Shown here one piece after another: positions 52,850 through 64,000 of a stretch of 64,000 bases of DNA. This DNA is from Vicugna vicugna (lineage: Eukaryota). Position 1 is the first letter of the stretch. The number at the start of each line of letters is the position of its first letter. The translations under genes and the position numbers were made by a program. The DNA lies in contig MU058584.1 of the NCBI GenBank assembly GCA_013265495.1, forward strand, positions 372,001 to 436,000, in the 5' to 3' direction. The notes under the pieces were generated by a model that worked only from the letters and a program-made list of their open reading frames with translations, ran no database searches and was not told the DNA's origin.

Positions 52850-53945
52850 AGAGTGGTGTTAGAAGCCAAGGTCTGGGTGTAGGTGTGCATGTAGCTACTG
52901 GCCTGTCTTTGCTTCTAACTCTCAGCCGATAAAGCAAGGAATAAATGTTTGTGTACTACTGTTGCATATATACTTGTTTATCGCTTTTTCTGTATGTAAC
53001 CACCTGTATCTGTATTAAGCTAAACATAAATTAATATGATATCCCCAAATCTAATCCATTCGCACATGAATCATTCCAGCCTCCTCCCTTTGCTTATCTA
53101 TAACTTCCTATTTCAACAGTGACAAAACTGGCTCCACTGTCCACTTATTTAATTGTTCAACTCCAGTGTAGTGATTTAAGAATTGTTAACCCACACTCCT
53201 GTGGGAGACAATTTTGACACCTACTGTCCGGTATTTAATATACAGTTCCTTTTGCCTTTCGTCTTACAGACTCTACTCATTTCCGACTGTTACTTTGGTC
53301 AGCACCTTTCCCTCACCTCCTGAAATGAGGTCGTTTCATGATTTGTAATTCATTGAGATTCTTTTGTCACGGTTTGCATTCCGTCCTGGAAGTTCCCCTT
53401 CCCCTCCCTCCTAAATTGTTTTCAAAAATTTGCATACATTAAGATTTACTCGTGTGTCAGTAAAGTTCTCTGGGTTTTTGACAAATGTTTAGTGTCTTGT
53501 GTTTACCATTACTGTATCATACAGAATAATTTCATTGCCCTAAATAATCCTTCTGTATTTCATCTATTTAGTTCCCCTTACTCCCAAATCCCCAGCAACC
53601 ACTGATATGGATGCTGTCTCTATAGATACTGCTTTTTCCAGAATGTCGTCTGGCTGGATCCAAACCGGCTTCTCTCATTTAGCAATATGCATGTAAGAGT
53701 CATCCGTGTCTTTTTGTGGCTTGATAGATCATTTCTTTTTATCGCTGCATAGTATTCCATAGTCTGGATGCATCACAGTCTGTTTATCCATTCACCACTC
53801 ATTCATTCATCCACTCAGTGTCCTTCATTGAAGGACTTCTTGATTTCTCCCAAAGTTTGGCAGTTATGAATAAAGCTACTGTAAACATGCACGTGCAAAT
53901 TTTTATGTGGATGTAAGCTCCGAATCAGTTGGATAAACACCTAAA
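52850..53945 (-). mobile_element. L1MC-like 3' region
   Basis: agaagccaaggtctgggtg...tgggtttttgacaaatg...tatcatacagaataatttcattgccctaaa...ttatgaataaagctactgtaaacat. Confidence 0.8.
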
Positions 53946-54589
53946 GGAATCCGCCTCACTGGAATGCTGTGCTCTCAGCATCCGCCTCCCCCTCGCTCCC
54001 GTTGGACAAGGTCAGCACACTCTGAAATTCTGTTGCTGAGCTGTCTGTATACCGACCGGCTTTTTTCTTTGTCTGTAAGTGGTAAGCATTGCCACCCTTG
54101 TTGCTGAGAACTGCTTTCTTTTCTTCTGTTTCTAATCCACGAGGTGACAGGGAAGAGTAGGTTGATGATGTGGTTTGGAGCAGCCTTGGAGTGGAGGTTT
54201 GGCTGAGCCCCCAGGCTCACTCCATTGTGTTGGACAGGAGCTTAACCCTGACCTCTGAAAACTGCTTTACCGGGGTGTGGCAGTAAGGGCCAGTAACCGC
54301 AGGGTTTTTGCTCCAGCCAGGGATTCACCTTGTGTGACTTGGGTGGGAGGCTGGTCCGCGCATGGACCTTTCAGGTCTTTGGGTCAGGATGGGATGGCAA
54401 GTCTGTTTTATAGGTAGGTGGGCTGTGCACTCTGGTTACTCTCTGGTATTTGAGTCCCTGGTATGAGTGTGGTCCGCCCTCCCTGTCAGTTTACTCAAAC
54501 CTCGGTTTGCGGTCCAGTTGCTTGTAGAAGCTTCAGGTGTAGGTAGGCATCCTGAGTTCACCTACTGTTTTAACTTTATTTTTGAAGCA

Positions 54590-54780
54590 CGTTGACTGAC
54601 GACCTGCCACATAGCAAACATTGTGTTATTTTTGTCATTTATTATTAATTAATCCTTTCAGCAACCTTTTGAGGTAGGGTTTTCCAGTTTTGTAGATGAG
54701 GAAACTGAGGCTAAGGAGGGTTAGCTAGCTAGCGGTGGAGTTGGCATTTAACCTAGCTCTCTTGGTGTCGGGACGTTCTC
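54590..54780 (-). mobile_element. MIR SINE
   Basis: ttaatcctttcagcaacc...ttttgtagatgaggaaactgaggctaaggagggtta. Confidence 0.7.
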
Positions 54781-55569
54781 CATCCACCGCGCCATCTCTG
54801 ACAGCAGCATGTTGGAGAAGGTGGCAGCCACCTGGCGGGGGCGGGCGGAGCAGAGCGTCTCCTCACGCTCGCCAGGGATGCGAGTCTGCTTACGAACAGC
54901 AGAAGGAAGCGCTGTTCCTTTACATGCCAGAGGCAGAGCCTTGCCCGGATGCCTTTACTCTCCCTGGATGCTAAGCCTAGTCTGAACTATTGAGGTTTAA
55001 ATTGTTGGCATTCTAGAAATTGTCAAACACATAGAACCAGAGAGACCAGTAGACTCTTACATCTACCGCTCAGGTCCTGGAATTATCAGGATTTTGCAGT
55101 TGCTTTCTCTGTTCTTCTGTAGTTTTTATTTTTTCTATTTATACTTTTTTTTTTTTTTGGCTGGAATATTTCAGAACAATACGGAAGACAGTTTTACCAT
55201 CGGCTCATCTCCCTGATCTGTGTGGCATTTCTTCTTCCTTTGGATTAGTTTCTTACCTTTGTGTATCATGTGGTGGTTGGGTATTTATTTTACTTAAAGA
55301 TACTTATAGGATCTAATCATATGCCAATACCCTTTTCTAAGTCCTTTACAAATATGAGCCAGCTTACTCCTCATCAGAATCTTATGAAGTAGATATTTTT
55401 TTCTTAGAGATTTTAGAGGCTGTGTTTTTTTTTTTTTTAAAGAGATTTTTCATTTGGAGATGAAACTGAGGCACAGAACCTGAGAGTAGCCTGCCCTGGG
55501 TCATTCAGTGGTCTAGCTGGCCTTCAAACTCAGGCTATGTAGTTTCATAATCTGTGTTCTTAGTTGCCA

Positions 55570-56200
55570 TCCTGTGTTAGAAATATGATTAATGTAAAAG
55601 CCGTCACTGTCATCTGTTCCCTAATGGTGCTAAGTTACAGGAAGGAAAAAACTAGTTCCTGGCCTCCAGATGCTCCCTGTATGATGGGGAGAAGGACTTG
55701 GAGACTAGTAACTGCAGCACAGAGGAGTAAATGTTGTAATGGTTATGTGTAGGATTGAGTGGGAATGTGAAAGGAAGATCATACAGGACTCCTGGGGAAA
55801 TTAAGGTTGGCTTCACAGAGGCTGTGATCCTGAATCTCCTATCAGAGGATGGATGAGGGGGAGAAAATTCAGGTAGACGAGACATCCTGGGCCTCAAGGT
55901 GAGAACACGGATAGGACTGGAGAAAGATGGATGTGGCACTGGACTTCTCAGGCAGTAAGATTATGAAGGCACTGACTTGCCTGCTAAAAAGCTCTGAGTC
56001 AATCCTGCTCCTAGTAGGGAGCTGCTGATGGATTTTAAGCAGAGAAGAAACAGGGTGAGATTTGTAGGTTAACTAAGCTCTCTCTGGGGGCAGTATAGAG
56101 GATGGATTGGGAGGAGGTGTGACTGGATGCCTTTTCAGTCGTGCTGGTAAGAAAAGCTGGGGCCTCACCTGTGGGAATGGAGAGAGTGGATCTGAGAGGT
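55570..56200 (-). mobile_element. L2 LINE fragment
   Basis: ggcttcacagaggctgtgatcctgaa...gggagctgctgatgggattttaagcagag...gcagtatagaggatggattggg. Confidence 0.6.
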
Positions 56201-56334
56201 GAGGACCCAGGGGGTCCTTGTTATGCAAGTGTTCATTATTTGATTTTCTGAATTACGAGGTTGCCTAGTAAATCAGCAGTGGTCATAACCTTAAATTTTC
56301 ACTAATGAATCGATCACTTATAAAAACAGTCCAA

Positions 56335-56803
56335 GTGGGCGAATATACTTTAAGGTGACCCCCAGTGCATTATGCCATTGTGTAAGCCCCTCCATGGGTA
56401 TGTCACATTATATAATTTTAGCAGAGTGGAGCAAGAACTTCTGCAGACTTTGAAGAAGTGAGCTGCCATGTTTAGGGGTGTGGGTCATGTGGAAAGGAAC
56501 TGTGGGCAGCCTCTAGGAACTGAGAGTGACCCCCAGCTGACAGCCAGAGAGAAAATGGGGGCCTCAGTCCTATAACTGCAGGAAACTGAATTCTGCCAAC
56601 AACCATATGAGTTTTGAAGAGGACCCCAAGCTCCAGAGTGAAATACAGCCTGGTTGATAGCATGATGGCCTGTGAGACCCTGGACAGAAGACTCAGGTAA
56701 GCAGTGCCTGGACTCCTGACCCAGGGGAACAGGGAGATAGTAAATGTGTTGTCTTAAGCTGAGAAGTTTTTGGTAATTTGTTTCACAGCAACAGAGAACT
56801 AAG
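56335..56803 (+). mobile_element. MLT1 (MaLR, MLT1E/F-like) solo LTR
   Basis: ggcagcctctaggaactgagagtgacccccagctgacagccag...gaaactgaattctgccaacaacc...ctggactcctgaccc...taatttgtttcacagcaacagagaactaa. Confidence 0.85.
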
Positions 56804-57877
56804 AGTTCCCATTCAGTTATCTTCCCTCTAACACCAGTATCTGTTCTTGTCCATCCCCGAGGTCTGTCAGCCAGTGTTTGCTCTCAGATATGGCAGTACA
56901 ATGCAAATTTCATGCAAATAATCTTTCAAAGTTAAATTGCAAATCTTTCAACAGATGTAGGATTATGGATAGTCAATAAAAGGATTGCTGGAGAACTGCT
57001 CAAACCATTCTACAGACAAATAAGGATCGAGCAGGGCTAGACCCCGCTCATAATTGGCGAGAAAAACAGCCAGCAGGCTGACAAGAAACCAGTCTCGAGA
57101 GAGAAGGATTTGAATATCTTTGAATATTAAGAAACACCTTTGGAGAAAATGTAAGCCTTTAAATAATTTTTGCAAATAGTAACCCTCTGTGTATTAGTGT
57201 TGTGTGAAAGTCAGAGGAGAAGTGAAGGATGTCATGTTATTCTGCAGTTTTGTTGCAATAAGGGTAAAATTGCAACAATAAATCAGTAATTCTTAGTCCA
57301 CTCTAAGAATTAACGCAACATTCAATATAACCTAAATGTTTCACATTTTTTATAGTGTTTTACGTTTGAAATAATCCTATTTGCATAATTTTTACTTCAT
57401 TTAGAAAGATTGTCTTGATCAGCTCTTTTATTTTTTTCACTATTAGCTGTGAAGATTTGGTTCCCAGTTTCAAGAGCCTTTACAGGACCAGCTGCCCCTG
57501 GATAATAGTGACTGAGGGCCTTCTGTAGTAGACAATAGCGTAACAATGGTAGACAGTTACCAGGAAATGGATTTTGGGTCCCCTTCCTGGGAAGGAGTCC
57601 AGAATGTCCAGTTTATTTCATTCATGGCTTTGTGAGCCATCAGAATCTCTGATGCTCTTAAGATTTCTGTTTAGTATTTTCCTGACATGAGACAGGAACA
57701 GTGGTGGGCCACCCAGTACTGCCTGAGTTCAAGTGCACATAATATCTTTTCTGGTGATATCCTAGGAAGGGTTCATCTTATGAAGGACTCTGGAAAATGC
57801 CTGGATAGAAATGGAAAAGTCCCACTTTGCATTGGTGGTGGGCGTGTGTTTTTCACAATGCTTTTGTTAACCATTTT

Positions 57878-58200
57878 TCCAGGCAAAGGAACGAGACAAA
57901 TCCCACAAGGAGAACTAAGTGATGAGAAGATAGGCAGTCTACCCAAGAAAGAGTTCAGAGAAATGATTGTGAAGAAGATCAGATAATTCAGGAGGAGAAT
58001 GGATGCACAGAGCAGGAAGTTAGAATTTTTTAGCAGAGTTAGAAAATATAAAGAACAGCCAAACTGAGATGAAGAACACAATCACTGAAATGAATAACAC
58101 ACTAGAAGGGACCAAGTGCTAAATGAGGCAGAAGAACAGATCAGTGAGCTAGAAGATGGGAAATCACTACCACAGAACAGAAAAAAGGGGAAAAAAAAAG
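57878..58200 (+). mobile_element. Isolated L1 ORF1 N-terminal/coiled-coil fragment (frameshifted) with its own TSD
   Basis: Translates in pieces to ELSDEKIGSLPKKEFREMIVKKI, ELENIKNSQTEMKNTITEMNNTLEG and LNEAEEQISELED, all L1 ORF1p-like. Ends in an A-rich run. Flanks acaatgcttttgttaaccatttt (57855-57877) / acagtgcttttataaccatttt (58201-58222). Confidence 0.85.
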
Positions 58201-58389
58201 ACAGTGCTTTTATAACCATTTTAATTTCAGTCCTCAGGGCAGTGGAGCCACCGACCTTCCTCGTTTACTAGGAAGTAAAGGCCTGGAGAGACTAGAATGC
58301 AAGATCACGTGGTTAATTACTCACAGGCCCAGAATCTGACTGATTGTTAGCAATAATTGTCACTGTTACGGCAGTCACCACTTCCGGTG

Positions 58390-58575
58390 TCTGCTGTCTC
58401 ACAGGCACTGTTGAGGGTGCTGATGCACATATGGTATTTAATCTTTCCAACCAGTCACAATACTGTCAGGTCAAAGAAAACTGAGACTTGAGTGGGTTAC
58501 TTGCTTCTGCTGAGTGGAGAAGCTGGGATTTGAATCCCACTTGTCCTGACTCCAGCACCTTACTCTTCCCACCAC
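58390..58575 (-). mobile_element. MIR SINE
   Basis: caggcactgttgagggtgct...gaaaactgagacttgag...gctgggatttgaatccc...cctgactccag. Confidence 0.65.
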
Positions 58576-58619
58576 ATCGTGGAGGTGTTCTAACCAACGT
58601 CCTCTCTACTCCACTGATA

Positions 58620-58919
58620 GTGTGGCTGGCACGATTGGAAAGGTCTCCGTAGGATGCCTGTAGAGGATGTGTTGTACACGGTGTTTGTGGCCTTGGCTGA
58701 CACGAAGCTGTTCTGTGAGGCTTGCTTATTAACTAATTTGACTTAGTGATCAAACTGTGCAGGACTTTGTGCATTCTGGATTTTAAAAGTTTTTTATTAT
58801 GCATTATATCAAATTTACCACTGTATGAGTGGAAATTAAACTTTATGTAGTTTTTATATGTTGTAATATTTCTTCAAATAAATCTCTCCTGTAAATTAAA
58901 AAAAACCCAAAACAAAACA
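58620..58919 (+). pseudogene. Probable processed retrocopy of an unidentified mRNA 3' UTR end (5' boundary uncertain)
   Basis: 3'-UTR-like AU-rich sequence with AATAAA at 58877-58882 and an A-run starting at 58898 (aaaaaaaacccaaaacaaaac). It matches no repeat family I recognise. No TSD found. Confidence 0.55.
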
Positions 58920-59054
58920 CAGTTGCCCTGTTTTCTGATATCTCCCCTGAGATTGACTGAGGTGAGAGGTTTCCAGGAAATCAAGGCTGAAGATTTGTTA
59001 CTGTGTGTGCTGCACTGGGAAGCATGATTCTAACTGTTGAATAATCAAGATAAT

Positions 59055-59364
59055 GTCTATGTTGTTTTCTATTGGTGCGGTGACAAATTACCAAAAACTT
59101 AGCGATGTAACCTAGATGTATGATTTTACATTTGTACTGTCTCACAAATGTATGAGTCTCCCTGGGCTAAAATCAAGGTGTCTGCCAGGCTGGGTTCCTT
59201 TCTAGAGGAACATCTTTTTCCTTGTCTTTTCCAGTTTCAAGAAGCTGCTGGCATTCCTTGCCTCATGGCCCCTTCCTCTGTTTTCAAAGTCAGCATCATA
59301 TGTTCTGCAGATGAGGATGTGGACATCTTTGTGGGGGTCAGCGAGCATTATTTTGCGTATCCCA
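59055..59364 (-). mobile_element. MLT1 (MaLR) LTR, internally deleted
   Basis: ttctattggtgcggtgacaaattaccaaaaacttag...gggctaaaatcaaggtgtctgccaggctg...cattccttgcctcatggccccttcctc...ggacatcttt. Confidence 0.75.
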
Positions 59365-60339
59365 GTCTGTTTGGTGATGCTAATTGTCAGCATATGTTAA
59401 TTTTATGGTAAACTGATTTTACCATATTTCCTAGAGCTTTAATGGATTACTCTTGTCTCTTGATCAGTAACCCGGTTCCTTGAGGAGCTCCAGAATCTTG
59501 ATGAGGGTTAGCCGAACACTTAGGCAAAGGGCTGGACTATAGGGAGGCTGCGAAGTCAGCAGTTGGGTCCTCATTCCTGGGCTGTGATGTTCTCCTGCTC
59601 TGCATGTTGGGACAGGTGGCATAGCCTTCTACCTCTGATTGTATATAATTTTTAAAGTAACGTTTATGCATATATACACACACAATATAAAAAGCCAAAG
59701 ATACTGATGAGGAATGACATGGGATTTGTGGTGAAGAAACAAATCATACAGATTCAGTAGGGAATGCATGTATATCACCCACTTCCCTACTCTGGAATCA
59801 GATTTTAATTCTGACCTCTGGCTGACACCTCCTTTCTCCTCTTTCAGGAGGCACTGAGGGTCTGAGTTTCCCAAGATGCACTGGGAGCACATCCTAAAAG
59901 AGGCTGATCTTGATTATAAGCCATTGCCTGGGAGGCAGAAAAGCAAATTCTTTCCTCCTCCTCCTTTCATAGTTGTTTTTCTTAACTTTTTGTTTATATA
60001 TATATTTGCAAGCATTAAAATAACACTGGTAATTAAGACATCAGGATAGGGTGGTCCTGGTGTGATGGGTCTATATCCAGCAACATATGTTCAAGACCTC
60101 AGGAAACACACAGTGAAACTGCATCCTGGTTGGCACCGTGTTATAAATGCGTGTTGCTGGGCAGAAATCCTAATGTCACCGCTCTGGGTTCTGAGATGTT
60201 GTGATCATCTCCCACAAATGAGTGTTTAAAACCTGTGAGACATTTCCACAGAGCACTGAGTTATTTTTAAGTAACTTCTGGGTTTTTTTTTTTTGATATG
60301 AAGTCTGATTCACATTTATTACATAAATTTTTTTAGAAA

Positions 60340-60800
60340 GATGGGGAGAAAAGGAAAACAACTTACTGGTAATCTCACTGGCTGGAAGTAGCTACCGTAA
60401 AGCCCATTGGTGTCTGCCTTCTAGATTGTAATTTTAACAAAAATGGAATTTTTTTTTAAATGAGCTCTTGTTGAAGATTTTGTAATCTTTTTTAAAACTT
60501 AATATTTTATAAGATTAATGTCGTTGAGTGATCCTTTGCATCATCATTTTTAATGGCTGAATATGTTTACATTCTCGTAAGTGGATATAGCATAATTTAT
60601 GTAACCAGGTCCTCATTGTTTGACATTTAGTTTGTTTCTAGTTTCCCACAGCTCTCTCTCAGCGTCCTTGAGTTATGTCATTGAATACATTCAGAATTGC
60701 TCTTTTATAATAAATTACTAACTGGAGTTGTTGCATTTAAGGGTATGTAGCATTCTAAGGCTTTGGATACATGTGTTGCCAAACTCCCTTCCCTCTTAAA
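60340..60800 (-). mobile_element. Ancient L1 (L1ME-like) fragment
   Basis: tcatttttaatggctgaat...cataatttatgtaaccag...gacatttagtttgtttctagttt...tgttgccaaact. Confidence 0.55.
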
Positions 60801-62354
60801 TACTGTACCATCTGAGTCTAAGAGTGTGCTAAAGTCTCTGCTGCTCTCGAATGTGCAGAGGTATGTCACAGACATCTGAAGCTGGCTGAACAGAGGACAC
60901 TGGGGACAGTTCATGGAAACATAGGTCACCGATGGTGAGCTGGAATCTGAGTCACAGTGGCCTTGCAGTTGCAGCAGGTGTCTAGAGCCCATGACCAGTT
61001 GCCTGCTGCCTTGATTTAAAATTTCCAGCATCTGGGATGCCATGTGATGTGCTGGACAGAAGCCAGACTGTGTATGCCCCTGCCTGATTCAGCTACACTC
61101 ACACAGCCATGAAGAGATCAGAAATAAGAAAGCATTTGGAAGAGTTCCCAGGACCACAAGAATATATGGTGAACGTGGTATAACGTCTTCCTGCTCCTGT
61201 CCCTGGCTTGCCGTTCTTACCACGAGGTGCTCTCTTATCTGGCAGAGAGAACTAGCAGCAACCAGCGTTAAAACAGATTGAATCACCCATTGAGTGTTTT
61301 CCTGTCTTCCTGGTGGAGAAAGGGGCTGGACTCTTGAAAATTGGGACTGATTCTCACTGATGTTTAGGACCTCAGCAGAAATGGCCTCTGGTCAGATGGC
61401 ATGCTGGAGTTTTCAGATAAAAGATGCGATTTTGTATAAGCAAATGATGCCCTTTGCAATCATTTTGCAAATTATCTGTGGCTTGCTGGGAAACTAGCTC
61501 AGTATTCTGTCCCACAAATTTCTGCCTAGTGACCTTAATCTTCCTATATTTCTGTTGCTGGAGTTGGGCCCGTACATAGTCTCTTCATGGGCTGTTTTCA
61601 TAAAGCTTGATTAATGTTCTATTGTTAATGTCCTTTATAAGACCTGGACACTTGCTTTATTGAAATGGAACTTTGAGACTGCAGGGGCAGCTCTCCTGTT
61701 TGTCACATGGCCTAAGACCCAACTCCAGCAAACTCCAGCTAAATTTTGCAACTTTGATGCAAGAGAACAGTCTGGCTGGCAACTGTTAAATCTTCAGGAA
61801 AAAACGACCAAAGTGGTGTGAACATAGGCTGCACGTGTAGTGGCATTACATGCCATCCTTGAGGTGCAGTAAGTTTTACTGAACGATACCAGTGTGATAA
61901 ACATTACCATTTTCCTTCAAATGTTGAACCATTTGCTGATATTAAAATTATTTTCCACAAATTTGGATTTGCATTATAGTATATATGTTGTGTTATTTCT
62001 ATCACATCATTTTACCTTACGGTGATATATCTAAGAATGGTCTTTTACGTGTTGAACGTGTTATTAATAACAACCCAGAAATTATCACTTGAAAGCACCT
62101 TTATAGAAAGCAGAAGTAATATCCTTATCTAGGCAGACTTCATCTGTTTGAAACATGGAAAAAGCTTAAGGTGCTCATTAAATTCTTCTAATGATTTATT
62201 ACAGAAACTGTGGCATATTTTTGTCAGTGCTCTGCTAATTCTTATTTTAAGCAAACTAGTTTTTTTTTTAAATCATTTAGATGCAAAAGAACAACCTTTG
62301 CATACAGAGCTAGAATTCTCATACTTAATGAGTGTGGACTGTGCCTGGTGTTTC

Positions 62355-62840
62355 AACAAATATTCATTTAAACAACAAATATTTGAGTATCACTATCTGA
62401 CGGTATTCTAAGTGTTGGGAAACAGATGGGTGAGGCCTCACTTCTCATGGAACTTATGTTCAAGTGGAGAAGACTCGTTGCAGTACAACTGTGTAATAAG
62501 GAAGGTAATATCGGATGGTGGTAATTAAGTCTTGTGAGGGAAGTAAAAGGGATAATGTGACCGAGAGTGACACTGGGGGAGGGTGGGTGGGTGCACTTTG
62601 GAGGTGTCTGCAAAGGACTTTCTGAAGACGTGTAATTCAAGCTAAAGCCTAAAAGTTGACGAAGAGCTAGCCGTGCCAAGATCTGTTCGTGGCTGAGGGA
62701 TCAGCAGGTACAAGACTGAGAGGCAGAAGCGAGCCTGGCCTCTTCCAGCAACAGAAGGAAAATCCACGTAGAGTGTGGTGGGTGAGAGCGACACGTGGTT
62801 GCAGAGGTGGGCAGGCCCAGGTCATGGAGGGCCTTCTAGG
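62355..62840 (-). mobile_element. L2 LINE 3' fragment
   Basis: attcatttaaacaacaaatatttgagtatcactat...ctcatggaacttatgttcaagtgg...ggcccaggtcatggagggcctt. Confidence 0.75.
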
Positions 62841-64000
62841 CTGTGGCGGGACGGGGTTTCTCAACGTTTTTGTACCCCAGGCCTATAAATTGGCAGCCAG
62901 TGAGATTTTGTGGAGTTTTACTTTTAGTAGTTGGTATTACAAAAATCATGTAACTTTTACAGCACTTGCCTTACCCTCCACATAGAGCAGGCTTCATCTC
63001 TTCTCTGTGGAAGCCCTGCAGGTGTTTGGTGCCCCGAGCTCTCTGGGCTATAACATCTTTAGTTTTCTCAGCCGTCCTTTCCTGTGTGGATGGATTCTTC
63101 AGTCCTGGGGCTTCTCTTTTCTCTGAACACATTTTGTCTGAGGACTTTAGAAATACGTGACATTTTGGTGATGTGAGGAGGGCAGCAGAAGAGGGGTGAG
63201 ATATTAGGGTAAATGAAGTCAGGGTTTTTGAAAGCAGTGTCTGTTTCCAGAAGCGAGGGATCCCCATCGTGTAGCTTTTCTGGAGTCCTGAATGAGGAGA
63301 GACCCCCAATAGACAGAATCTGACAGTTGTTCCCCTGCTAAGACCATCCACTACCCCATAGCTGAACTTGCCCGTATTAGCATTATTTAAATCAGCTCTT
63401 CTCTTGAACTCAGGTTGATTTTCTTTTAGCGTTTCAGAGTGCCCATACCGCTAATGCTTTCAGACAACAACATTCAGATCTGAAAGCACCCCTGAATTTA
63501 AGAGGCAGGTACGGCTCCGAGGATCTTTCCATTCCCAACCCTCTACTTCACCTTCTTCCCTGGGTCGTGTTTTTCACGACTTTCTTCTGAGCATTCTTTT
63601 TCTGGGGGTCTGTCCTGCTTGAAAGTGCTTTCTGCCTAATGCACTGCAGTGCAGGGGTCTGGTGGGGGCGGCCACCCTGCTTGTTTCTTTCTGTTTCTTC
63701 TCCATAACCCATAGATCTGCCATGACAAGGTTCTGTCCACTGGCTGCTTACTGCTGGCACCAGCGTGGAGGTCCAGGGGGAGAGGATTCCTCTGGTTCCC
63801 CAGGACTCTGTGTGTGTATTCATTGATTTACTGAGTTGCTCAAGGAGCTGTGTTTGGGCTGGCAGAGGAAGATAAGGGATTCCAGAAATTCCTGCTGCTT
63901 TCTCTCAGATAGCTGGATAAATTCCCATCCTCTTCCTCCCCCATGAAAGAGGCCTGGGGGCAAGAGGGAGTTGAGATCAGATTGGTCCTGTGATTGACCT

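Larger units (their letters stand above)
34910..64000 (+). other. NOS1AP: NOS1AP intron 2 (5' portion; exon 3 lies downstream of the window)
   Basis: Begins with the GTGAGT donor. I did not find the next coding segment (YEFKAKNIKKKK...) in the window. Confidence 0.85.

Noticed and set aside
57687..57986. 99-aa ORF ending ...IGSLPKKEFREMIVKKIR as a host gene
   Set aside because: Only the C-terminal part is protein-like and it derives from frameshifted L1 ORF1; the N-terminal part is flanking intron.
62846..62975. Possible hAT transposon end (ggggtttctcaac...)
   Set aside because: Only one TIR-like end is visible, with no matching opposite end or TSD.
1..64000. The many 60-170 aa ORFs in the supplied track
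   Set aside because: They are short, overlap on both strands, mostly use non-ATG starts, show no recognisable domains and often lie in repeats, as expected by chance in intronic DNA.
1..64000. Prokaryotic-type systems (CRISPR array, operon, defence island)
   Set aside because: The sequence is mammalian intron, with no regularly spaced repeat-spacer array or dense coding block.

Overview
Mammalian, almost entirely intronic DNA. The only coding sequence I can support is a 72-nt exon at 34838-34909 (+) encoding [24 protein letters not shown]. This is exon 2 of NOS1AP (CAPON, start of the PTB domain), so the window covers the 3' part of intron 1 and the 5' part of intron 2. A tRNA-Ala-derived SINE (vic-1 type) and cetartiodactyl-type L1 3' ends point to a camelid. 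The rest is ordinary interspersed repeat (L1, L2, MIR, MLT1/MLT2 LTRs, MER2/MER5A). The supplied ORF track is essentially spurious and misses the real exon. I see no evidence of a novel multi-gene system. The most interesting observations are small-scale: an L1 ORF1-only insertion with its own target-site duplication, two probable L1 3' transductions, an unidentified polyadenylated mRNA 3'-end retrocopy, the apparent orthologue of the human MIR4654 hairpin with a different seed, a four-copy nuclear-receptor half-site array containing a perfect TCAAGGTCA, an octamer cluster, a CTCF-like site and a non-repeat direct duplication 1.6 kb apart. Repeat subfamily names and boundaries were assigned by eye and are approximate.
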